Positions 28,686-37,403 of a stretch of 64,000 nt of DNA are shown here, in pieces. The notes under the pieces are model-generated. The model had not been told where the DNA came from, searched no databases, and saw nothing but the letters and a program-made list of their open reading frames with translations. The stretch covers positions 1,178,001 to 1,242,000 of the forward strand of contig JAQOWU010000007.1 of NCBI GenBank assembly GCA_030867685.1, read 5' to 3'. A program made the position numbers and the translations under genes. Each line of letters begins with the position of its first letter. Within the stretch, counting starts at the first letter, position 1. Source of the DNA: Wickerhamiella versatilis. Its lineage: Eukaryota.

Positions 28686-29379
28686 GTGGGGAGCAGCTTG
28701 TCAATAGATCTATATGACTCAGCGATGCAATATCCGCAGGAACCCAAGTTAAACGATAGAACCCGACGGAATCACGGCACATCTCTTGTAATGATATGCA
28801 CCCAATGATACTAGTATGACAAACTATTCTCTAAATTATACATGCTGGGACCCCTCAATAATTCAAGAAAGGAGCCAATAACCCCACGATCTAGCACAGA
28901 ATGCTATAACCTTACCCGAACCTGATGACAAGCCATTATATGCGGAGTGCTCACATCCCGACGCCTAGACGATCCCAGTAGGCTGGGGGCTTAGATACAA
29001 AACTGCTCATTTATACCTCAAAATCACCACTTTCAAAATTGAGTTTAGTTATTTTCTACTTGAAAAGGCTAACATCCTATCGCAATGGTCCCCCCGGCAT
29101 CGGAGCCCCGCTTATACATCACAGCCAAATAGGTAGGTAGCACATGTGAGCTCATGCATGGGGGGTAGAGTCAACATAGCCTGGCCATCCGGACCCAAAA
29201 AAACAAGTACCCCAACAATGCAGCTGCAGACAGAAAGCTTGTAGCCAATATTCCGTAATTATCCGACTATTGCGTGAAAAATAGGGCCGGGTTATATAAT
29301 GTCCCAACAGTCATACTTATACTTCTGTTTGCAACAATTGTTGGATATGGCTGACGTGGTGTAGTGGGTGGACCCCCGC
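28686..29379 (-). promoter_or_regulatory. FFZ1-like promoter with Mig1/CreA-type and Rgt1-type sites plus a TGASTCA-TATA element
   Basis: SYGGRG matches at 28686, 28882, 28942, 28983, 29092, 29106, 29374; CGGANNA (- strand) at 29249-29255 and 29259-29265; TATATGACTCA at 28711-28721. Confidence 0.55.
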
Positions 29380-29404
29380 TACGCCCGGAGTCGGAGAGAG
29401 AAAG

Positions 29405-29531
29405 GCTCGGGTAGTATAGTTGGTTCATTACCTCGTGCTTATAACGTTATGTTTGTCCGGCATCATGTTATTATAATGTCACGATCGTGTTAGAAACGCG
29501 AAGGTCGTGGGTTCGAGCCCCACTCCGAGCA
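29405..29531 (+). tRNA. tRNA-Ile(TAT) with 52-nt intron (29444-29495)
   Basis: Acceptor GCTCGGG/TCCGAGC, anticodon arm TCGTG-CTTATA^A-CGCGA, T arm GTGGG-TTCGAGC-CCCAC, T8 terminator. Confidence 0.95.
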
Positions 29532-29595
29532 ATTTTTTTTCCTCCCCTCAGGTCTCACAGATTATCCTTCGGGGTATCAGGTGGTGTGTGTCATC

Positions 29596-29823
29596 ATGGG
29601 AGCGTGCCTATCTAGAGAACCAGCGCCCCGGGAACCCAATCGAGAGCGTGCTGCTCCACGTAGGGCACCTGCAGCAGCAGGAAGTAGTGGTGGACGTGGA
29701 CGTTTGCTCTCAGAGGATCGCGCGGCTGAGAAGCCCGCTTCGGCAACGGATGCTGCAGCTGCAGCTGCCGAGAGGCGAGCTGAACAGCAAAAGCAACGAA
29801 TGAAAACCACTAAGATCCGATAG
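29596..29823 (+). CDS. Small putatively acylated protein (SVIP-like)
   Basis: 75 aa; MGACLS N-terminus (Gly2/Cys4), GRLL segment and AAAAAAERR helix resembling a VCP/Cdc48-interacting motif. Confidence 0.7.
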   Translation: MGACLSREPAPREPNRERAAPRRAPAAAGSSGGRGRLLSEDRAAEKPASATDAAAAAAERRAEQQKQRMKTTKIR

Positions 29824-29893
29824 AGGTGGCTATTCATTTCATCTTAACTCTGCATTTTAATATTAGACTAACCCTCAAGCTCATTACATATAT

Positions 29894-31891
29894 TTACACA
29901 ACGTACTTTCTTCTCCGCGCAGCACCTTGAAGGAGCAGTTCACCGAGCTCCTCATATGCACGGGTGACTTCTTCCTTACTATCGCCTTCGATTATTAGCC
30001 GCAGCTTGTCTGCTTTATTGTTAAACGTTCCCCTTCCGGTAATCGATACCCTATGGCGCTCAATTACGGCAGCCTGGTTTCCAGCTGCAACCACGGCAAG
30101 TCTTGCTGGTTGTGGGTAGTCATTAATTATTAGTACGGTTGAGAATCGCCCTTTATTTTCTTCGATCTTGGGGTCTGGTAGGCGGTCTTCCTCCTCGCTA
30201 GCCGCACTGCTGCTGTCATGTTCTGAGTCGTCAGATAAAAACGCATCTTTTTCCACTGCCCTTTGGGCTCTTCGTTCTGCCGCAAGTCTTCCAAGGCCTT
30301 TACCGCCGAACCCGTATCTCCGACGATCTGCCTTGGCAGCCAGGTCCGCCAAATCAGGCGAGACGTCATTATGAGCCAACTCCAAGGCAGTCTTAGCGTC
30401 CGCTGCCTGTGCCGGCTGATCTCGAGTGATGAAAGTGACAGCAGTACCTTGGTTGCCGGCACGCCCTGTGCGCCCTGCTCTGTGTACATAGTCCTCAAAA
30501 TGGTCGGGTGCGTCGTAATTCACAACCAGCGAGAGACGGGGCACGTCCAGACCACGAGCTGCTACAGAAGTAGCCACCAATAAGGGCAGTACGCCACTAC
30601 GGAACTCATTTAGGGCAGAATCTCGGTCTGCCTGCGACTGTCCACCATGCAGGGATAGACTGCGATAGCCCCTGGCCTTGAGCTGCAGGGAAAGCTGATC
30701 CGCCCGCTGTTGAGACTCAGTGAAGACGAGGACCTGGATATGGCCATTTATCAAGTCAAGCAACCTCTGTAACTTGTCCTCTGGATTGATTATTTCAACC
30801 TGTTGTTTCACACTCGCCGGCACAGTCGAGACAGATCCGACAGATACTTCCACCGGATCACGGGAGAAAAGTTTTGAGCTAATCTCAGCCATCTTGGGGC
30901 TCGCAGTAGCACTGAATAGCGCAACCTGCCGATCAGGTCGGATCGAGTTCGATATTCGGGTGACCTGAGGACCGAACCCCATGTCCAGCATGCGATCCGC
31001 CTCGTCGATAACCAGCATGGTGATACGATGCAAATTGAAAATACGGCCGCCATTTACAGCCAACAAATCTATGAGTCTGCCGGGTGTTGCGACAAGAATC
31101 TGCCATTGCCGACGCGAAGCGGCAATCTGTGGCTTGATATCTGACCCACCACAACAAACAAGTAATTCAGTATCCCAGGAACGGGCATATGGGGTCAATG
31201 CATCGCCGATCTGTGTACCTAGCTCTCGAGTGGGGGCCATTATCAATGCGCATGATCTATTTGCGGCAACATGCCGAAGGGCCGGCAATCCAAACGCTAG
31301 CGTTTTCCCACTACCCGTTGGCGCAATCACCATGCAATCTTCACCACTCATTAATTTTGGAATGGCGTGAAGCTGGACATCCGTGGGGTGGTCAATACCG
31401 CCTTCCTCCAGTACCTCCATTATGGGTCTTGGTAACCCCAGGTCTGACCATTCCCTGAAGACTCCCGACCACACTTTTCGCCTGAACGCTGGATATGCAA
31501 TTTTTGAATGATTGACCTTTGGGATCTCTTTACGTTTAGCCTTCTTCTTCTGTTCTACTGGTCCCATTGTTATATCCATGTCGTCGTCGAGGTTATCTTT
31601 AGCAATTACCTTTCCTGCGCCTACCCCTACCCCTACAGACTTGTAGCCCTCAGAGTCAACAAAGGACATAAATGCGTCCAAGGGGTCTTCTTCCTGATTT
31701 TTGAAAATATCATTACGGTTGTTTACAGTAAGATGGTCCTCTGTGTGGGTACTACCATGTGTCCCACCCGCATTTTCAAGAACGATTCGTTTTTTGAGTC
31801 CATCATCATTTGATGTTTTTGCCTTCTTCCGCTCACGCCACTGCGCAAGCCGCTCCTTGCGAGCCTGCCGCTTGGTATCGTCAATAGCCAT
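29894..31891 (-). CDS. PRP5: DEAD-box splicing helicase Prp5
   Basis: RKERLAQW, DPLDAFM motif, APTGSGKT, PTREL, DEADRM, SAT, SVAARGLDV, YVHRAGRTGRAG, C-terminal INDYPQ KH-like domain. Confidence 0.92.
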   Translation of the reverse strand: MAIDDTKRQARKERLAQWRERKKAKTSNDDGLKKRIVLENAGGTHGSTHTEDHLTVNNRNDIFKNQEEDPLDAFMSFVDSEGYKSVGVGVGAGKVIAKDNLDDDMDITMGPVEQKKKAKRKEIPKVNHSKIAYPAFRRKVWSGVFREWSDLGLPRPIMEVLEEGGIDHPTDVQLHAIPKLMSGEDCMVIAPTGSGKTLAFGLPALRHVAANRSCALIMAPTRELGTQIGDALTPYARSWDTELLVCCGGSDIKPQIAASRRQWQILVATPGRLIDLLAVNGGRIFNLHRITMLVIDEADRMLDMGFGPQVTRISNSIRPDRQVALFSATASPKMAEISSKLFSRDPVEVSVGSVSTVPASVKQQVEIINPEDKLQRLLDLINGHIQVLVFTESQQRADQLSLQLKARGYRSLSLHGGQSQADRDSALNEFRSGVLPLLVATSVAARGLDVPRLSLVVNYDAPDHFEDYVHRAGRTGRAGNQGTAVTFITRDQPAQAADAKTALELAHNDVSPDLADLAAKADRRRYGFGGKGLGRLAAERRAQRAVEKDAFLSDDSEHDSSSAASEEEDRLPDPKIEENKGRFSTVLIINDYPQPARLAVVAAGNQAAVIERHRVSITGRGTFNNKADKLRLIIEGDSKEEVTRAYEELGELLLQGAARRRKYVV

Positions 31892-31914
31892 TAGTCATTA
31901 TGTAAACCTTCACG

Positions 31915-32586
31915 ATGGACCCTCAGGCGAGACTAAAGGCCCAATTGAAGATGGCCGTGAACCGTCTGAGGCTATTGCAGCAGAAAAAGACTGCACTGGC
32001 AAAGCAGTCTCGACGAGAAATTGCCAAAGTACTTGAGAACAATAAGGTCGAAAGTGCCCGCATCCGAGTAGAAAACATTATACAGGACGACATTCACGTT
32101 GAGCTTCTAGAAATTCTAGAAGTCTACTGTGAACTTCTAATGGCACGCATTATGATGCTTCATGATCCAGATGAGCGGGTCCAGGAGGCGGTCCAGGTTA
32201 TTATACATGCCGCCCCGTTTACGGAGGTGAAAGAGTTACAGAATGTCCGGGTACTATTACTGCAGAGACTGCCTCAAGGGCTTGAGGTGTCCGAGTCTAA
32301 TGTCCCCCAAAAAGTTTATAATAAGGTCCATGTCAAGGTTCCCAGCGAGGAATTGGTGACCCTGTACTTGACCGAGATCGCCAAGGCTTACAAGGTTTCA
32401 GTACCGGGAATTTATGAGCCTGAGCCGGAACCTGAGTCGACAGAGCCGGCCGATGCCAGCCAATCAACAAAAGCAAAGTCGAACAATGGTGAGGATGAAA
32501 AAAGTAAAGATAAAGGAGGGTCTGATGACACCACGAGAGATGACCTGTGGACACGGTTTGCCGCATTAAAAAAGCCAGGAACTTAG
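31915..32586 (+). CDS. IST1: ESCRT-III-associated Ist1
   Basis: LKAQLKMAVNRLRLLQQKK, ARIRVENII, ELLEILEVYCELL, YLTEIAKAY, C-terminal MIM1-like DDLWTRFAALKK. Confidence 0.95.
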   Translation: MDPQARLKAQLKMAVNRLRLLQQKKTALAKQSRREIAKVLENNKVESARIRVENIIQDDIHVELLEILEVYCELLMARIMMLHDPDERVQEAVQVIIHAAPFTEVKELQNVRVLLLQRLPQGLEVSESNVPQKVYNKVHVKVPSEELVTLYLTEIAKAYKVSVPGIYEPEPEPESTEPADASQSTKAKSNNGEDEKSKDKGGSDDTTRDDLWTRFAALKKPGT

Positions 32587-32632
32587 AGCCTTATTTAGCT
32601 TAGCACTGCCCGTACCATAATCCATGGTCCTG

Positions 32633-33544
32633 CTAAAGCCAGCGCTTGGTCAGTTTCTGCAATGCGTATGATGCTGATCTTGTGAATCCTGCTGTGAGAA
32701 GACCCTTAAAACTTTGCGTAAATGACGGGCCCTTGACAGTACGTCTAATAGCACTGGATATTTTGGGACGGCGACTGCGAGGATCAAGTATATCACCACT
32801 TATTTTGTCCCGAAAGTGAGCGGGTAGTTTGTCCAGCAAAAATGAATTTTCACTAGACCGCTTCAACAGGCCATTATCAGCATTTTCGATACCCAATTCG
32901 CTGAATAGGGGACGGTATAGCTTTTCAAAGCTGTCCAATTGGTTTACCACGATATTTTGGACTTTTTGGGGGTTCTCAGCTACTGCCATCCGAACATCGC
33001 CCATATACGATATACCGGCTATCTTCTGATAGAGCTCAATCGGCTTGAATAGTTCAGGAGACAGGAGTAATCCAACGGACATGGCGCTCAAAAGGTTTGC
33101 ACTCTGAGCCTGAGCTGTCTCCTCATCCGAGGCTACGATTGCAACAGGCTTATGCAGTCTACCTGCAAGATATAACGATCTCCAGTTGAGCAGATCATCC
33201 TTCAATGTGTCCAAGCTAGCCACACCATACTTCACCTGGATACCATTCACGTTAACAAAAGGATTGAAGTAAACCCCTGCTCCAAGATTTTGCTGCACCC
33301 AAGACGTGCCCCGCGGTCCAAAATATTTAAGGAAGCTGTAGTGTCCCGGATTTTGCTGAATATTTATTGCATGCCAATTCAAAGGGTTTTCAACCGCGAA
33401 AATCAAATCCACCTGGGTTTGTTTTGTGAGCTGTCGTTTTCCTTGGCTCATTACCCCACTGCCGTATCCAAAGGCAAATTTAACTGGGGCCTGGAAGGCA
33501 CGAACGATCCCAGTCAAATCCGCCCGGCTAGCCGGGCCCCGCAT
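32633..33544 (-). CDS. TAM41: Mitochondrial phosphatidate cytidylyltransferase Tam41
   Basis: FAFGYGSGV, DLIFAV, GAGVYFNP, KYGV, YLAGRLHKPV, SYMGDVRM..AENP; first ATG at 33544. Confidence 0.95.
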   Translation of the reverse strand: MRGPASRADLTGIVRAFQAPVKFAFGYGSGVMSQGKRQLTKQTQVDLIFAVENPLNWHAINIQQNPGHYSFLKYFGPRGTSWVQQNLGAGVYFNPFVNVNGIQVKYGVASLDTLKDDLLNWRSLYLAGRLHKPVAIVASDEETAQAQSANLLSAMSVGLLLSPELFKPIELYQKIAGISYMGDVRMAVAENPQKVQNIVVNQLDSFEKLYRPLFSELGIENADNGLLKRSSENSFLLDKLPAHFRDKISGDILDPRSRRPKISSAIRRTVKGPSFTQSFKGLLTAGFTRSASYALQKLTKRWL

Positions 33545-33829
33545 TATGTAATTTTTAATCACCTCTGCTTATTTTGGCATATATATGGATTATGAGTGGT
33601 TACTAGTTATGTTATGCCCTACTTAAATGAAAAAACAAAAAGTGAAGGGACATCAATTTTAGTCTTGAGAATTCCAACATCCGAATCGTTGTAATTTTGC
33701 ACCTACCATGTTCCGAACAAAAAAATGCATGTACCAACAATATGTAAACACTGTCTCTAAAAGCCAATTCTAAGCCCAAAGTTTCATTGCACACAATATA
33801 GCTAAAACTATTCGTATACATGCGTTCTT

Positions 33830-34348
33830 TCAATGGTTTGTAGAGTTCGCCAGCATTACATTCCTCAGGGTATCCGCGGCCCTCGGCGGCTTGTCCTTGT
33901 CTTCCTTACAAACTGAAGCATCCTCCCTGGTAACACTCTGCCTGGGTGAGGCAGCAGGCAATGTGCATGGCCCTCGTTTTGCCACTAAGTCATGTAGAAT
34001 TGGATAGTGACTGTGGTGCGGGTTTCCTGGTGCTACCAGCCTGTCCGGTAAAGGTAAAGCATCATCGAGCAACTTGATAGACGCTACAGTATCATCTAGA
34101 GTTGACATTACGGATCTCAGAGTGCCTTCCAATGACAACAAAGCTTCTGCAGCAGTGGTGTCCTGGCGGGGTGTTTCTGCCGCCGTTCGCTTCGCCAGGT
34201 CTTCGACGTGTTTCATGCGCTCTGAGAGCAGATTCTGGCGTTCACAGGCTTCCAATATGGCGTCATCAACGGTGTTCTGATATTTTTGTTTCAATGCAGA
34301 CAGGGCATCACCGAACCCACTACCTACATCCGAAGGCAGTGGGCCCAT
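33830..34348 (-). CDS. Coiled-coil protein, BORCS5/Vab2-like (BORC/BLOC-1 related)
   Basis: RQNLLSERMKHVE and LDDTV..IKLLDDALPLPDRL resemble BORCS5 QNALVKRIKEMD and IDQTV..LDRLNSMLPEGERL (from memory); ATG at 34348. Confidence 0.55.
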   Translation of the reverse strand: MGPLPSDVGSGFGDALSALKQKYQNTVDDAILEACERQNLLSERMKHVEDLAKRTAAETPRQDTTAAEALLSLEGTLRSVMSTLDDTVASIKLLDDALPLPDRLVAPGNPHHSHYPILHDLVAKRGPCTLPAASPRQSVTREDASVCKEDKDKPPRAADTLRNVMLANSTNH

Positions 34349-34559
34349 GAAGCTCGCTGACTCACCCTGACATCTGGATATATAGCGCCTGCATCTGTCA
34401 GTACACAGGACATTGTGTTGATTTAGGTAGTGCAAAAGGTTATTAGACTTTTTTATGAACGCTGCTATTACATATGTTTAAACCACTCGCCTCGCCAATT
34501 TGGCCAGAAAAATTAAATACATGCGTTCAGTACTAAAGAATTCTTCTCGTTCATTCCAC

Positions 34560-35312
34560 TTACATCAATTTTTGCTCCTTTGCAGGCGGTTGCTCACCAC
34601 TGAAACTATCCTGGGTATTATCTTTGCGTCGTTTCACGAGCATGCTACACCACGAGTCTGCCTTGTCAAGTGTTCCTGAAACAATTGTGGTCACTGCACT
34701 GATCATATTCAGAGCCTCCTTGGCCAAACTCAGTACTGCACTTTCCTTAATTACGACTGAGTTTTGACGCTCTTGTGCCCATCTACTGGGGAGTGAAAGT
34801 ACAGATCTGCGTACGGCTGAAACCGCAGCGGCTGGGAGACTCCTGCTTGCTACCTTGTCAATGACATCCAAGCACTTCTTCACCGTGGCAACTATGTCCT
34901 GACGGCATGCCTGGGAGCTCATTTTCGGTTCGATGCCGGTAGCCTCGGCCGCTACCGACTCCTGAAGTGTGTTGACCTTAGCACTAAGATGCTCGTTTGC
35001 CAACTTGAGCATTTTCAGCAGATACCTTAATCGCCCCCGTGACTCGTCGCTAAGGCTCACAAGCCCTGCTGCAGAAAGTAGAGGCTTCTTCCAACGGCCC
35101 ATCGCTACTTTAGGCTCCCTGGGTGGCAACCCACTGGCCTCGGGGGTGGTAGACTCCCCTGAAGATCTGTGGTCTCCTTTCTGTTTCAAGTCCAATTCAA
35201 TCCCATTCTCTGATACAATCTTTTGATCATAGGTAGATTCCCCTTTAGAGTTAGAGCGAAGAGACTGCAGCGCTTCAGCTACAACTATCTGCTCTTCAGT
35301 TCGTGCAGACAT
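34560..35312 (-). CDS. OPI1: Opi1/Yas3-family transcriptional repressor
   Basis: AEALQSLR, SLSDESR.RLRYLLKMLKLANEHL, DIVATVKK, LSLPSRW, VLSLAKEALNM..TLDKADSW. Confidence 0.88.
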   Translation of the reverse strand: MSARTEEQIVVAEALQSLRSNSKGESTYDQKIVSENGIELDLKQKGDHRSSGESTTPEASGLPPREPKVAMGRWKKPLLSAAGLVSLSDESRGRLRYLLKMLKLANEHLSAKVNTLQESVAAEATGIEPKMSSQACRQDIVATVKKCLDVIDKVASRSLPAAAVSAVRRSVLSLPSRWAQERQNSVVIKESAVLSLAKEALNMISAVTTIVSGTLDKADSWCSMLVKRRKDNTQDSFSGEQPPAKEQKLM

Positions 35313-35888
35313 GTCACATGCTTAGAAACACCGGGGTAGGGCCAGGGCTATTATTGACAGTAGGTTGAAGTCCGTCGTGGAAGTATTACAATTGGCAATT
35401 GAGGCGAACTAAAATGCTTTGGCTCTCTTAAGCAACAATTTTAGATATTTATCGCGACTTAAAGACGTGACCGGGGTAAGCATCCTTATCTCCAGCAACA
35501 CAGCAAGGAATACAGAGCATTATGGGAGACGTCTGCAACCCCAGTCGTTGAAGAGATGATTACAGTAGCTATTTCGGCCCTTTCCCGATCGGTGCTATAA
35601 CAGTTCCTTACGCCTCTCACATAATTTTCCGACATGAAGGTGGTCCCGGTCGGTTTGATAGGTTAGGGTATACAAGAGATGGTGAACGAAGATCGTCATA
35701 TGATAAAATAGCAGCCGATGCCATCTGAGCCAATTAGACCTGGTCAAATCAATCTAGGCCTAGCCGCGTATATGAGATTGCTCTTCTGCCTGCAATTAAA
35801 GATAGATAACTACGTGCCCACCCACCTAAAGCTTAGACAATAATTTCCAATAAATGACCAAATAACGTTCGGGGAATATGTAATGACA

Positions 35889-35911
35889 GAACATTCTAGA
35901 TTCATCTAGAA
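35889..35911 (+). promoter_or_regulatory. Heat-shock-element-like array in the RPN4 promoter
   Basis: GAAcaTTCtaGA...TCTAGAA; RPN4 is Hsf1-regulated in S. cerevisiae. Confidence 0.4.
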
Positions 35912-36233
35912 TTTTGGGATAACACAGAGCTTATGTGGGTGCAACACTCTAAGCTCACATGTCATACTGGGTTAGGGGTGGTCTCGACCCAGGCCACAGT
36001 ACCGAGCTAGAATCCAAGGGGGTTTAAGCTCACCCTGGTCAAGATGATGTTCTAAGATACAGTGGACTAAATTGAAGTTGCTAAAAAAAAATTATCTCGT
36101 AATGTTTTTGTGGTCCTATCACTCGTGTGTAATGTAGTAATTAATGAAGGTGCTATGCCCTTGCCCTGTTACATAATGGGGGTATAAATAGAGTCATCAC
36201 ATCATCTCCTGGTCCACAGTACAACACCCAAGC

Positions 36234-37256
36234 ATGGCATCGCTAGGTAGCGATACTACCGGCGACTTCTACAATGGAGTGCCGGAATCCACAAAGGAAT
36301 TCATTCCTGATCGCCTGAGTTTGAATTTAGACAGTTACGAGATGTATATCCCCCCAGCCTCTGAATGTGTGGCCTCGGTGGACGATGTCATGGGCTTTTG
36401 GGAGCCGCCTGAGGCAGAGGAGGATGACGAGGATGATGAGGATGATGATCAACGTTGCTGGCTGCCTCCGACGGTCAATGACGACTTGCTGTTCCGTGCC
36501 GCGGAACCGCAAGGGGGGCCAAGCGAACCACAAGTACCGCCATATTGGAGAATTCCAGAGCATGAGACTGGTGGGGGCTGCATAGATCCCTCCAGCCTAC
36601 AGCTTCCTGTGGAAGCCAAAGGCAATTCGCAGATACCATGGCCTCAGCTACGTAAACGTCGTATGCCGGTGCCAACGCATACCGAGCAAGAATCATCATC
36701 ATCAGACAGCATTCGCAATTCGACAGCACCTTTAGCAAGGCAAGAAGATAGCATTTCCACAATTACCACCAATACTCCCAGTAACAGGGACCGTGAGGAC
36801 GTCGCAGAGCCAAAGGTGGAGGCACCGCCCACTGGCAGTGGTACCACCATTCCAGACAGTCTAGAGCGTAATCACTCAGCATTAGTCTCTTCTCCGGAGT
36901 CGTCAGTGAAATCCGTACCGACCTCCCCTGAATTGGATCCTTCCGACATTTACGACATGTCATCCGAATCGGAGAACGATCCTGAGGTTCGTATGCCGAT
37001 CCGTAGCTCCCGTGGCGGAGGAGGACATGGTCGTAAGATGACCCAGCAGCATCGCTGTGATAAGGTGCTGCACAATGGTAGGCCTTGTCTGAAGAGCTTC
37101 ACGCGCCCTTATGACCTCGCTCGCCATCAGGAAACTATACATGCCCGCGAGCGCAAAGTGTTTAAGTGCGACAAGTGTAAAGACAATTCTAAGACGTTCA
37201 GCAGGATGGATGCGTTGTCCCGACATATGCGCATAAAGCATCCACACGGTCGCTAA
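36234..37256 (+). CDS. RPN4: C2H2 zinc-finger activator of proteasome genes Rpn4
   Basis: Acidic N-terminus; CLKSFTRPYDLARHQETIHARERKVFKC...KTFSRMDALSRHMRIKH; TATAAATA at 36183. Confidence 0.9.
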   Translation: MASLGSDTTGDFYNGVPESTKEFIPDRLSLNLDSYEMYIPPASECVASVDDVMGFWEPPEAEEDDEDDEDDDQRCWLPPTVNDDLLFRAAEPQGGPSEPQVPPYWRIPEHETGGGCIDPSSLQLPVEAKGNSQIPWPQLRKRRMPVPTHTEQESSSSDSIRNSTAPLARQEDSISTITTNTPSNRDREDVAEPKVEAPPTGSGTTIPDSLERNHSALVSSPESSVKSVPTSPELDPSDIYDMSSESENDPEVRMPIRSSRGGGGHGRKMTQQHRCDKVLHNGRPCLKSFTRPYDLARHQETIHARERKVFKCDKCKDNSKTFSRMDALSRHMRIKHPHGR

Positions 37257-37403
37257 TTTTTGTCTTCTTTTTTACCGCAGATTATTTATTGTATTCCCCT
37301 CTTAGCATAACTTATAAAATATAATGAACATCATTCTTAATACCCAGCTGTTGTGTGAGCATAAATATATATATATAATTGTGGCCTCGCAGATTTTGCG
37401 ATC

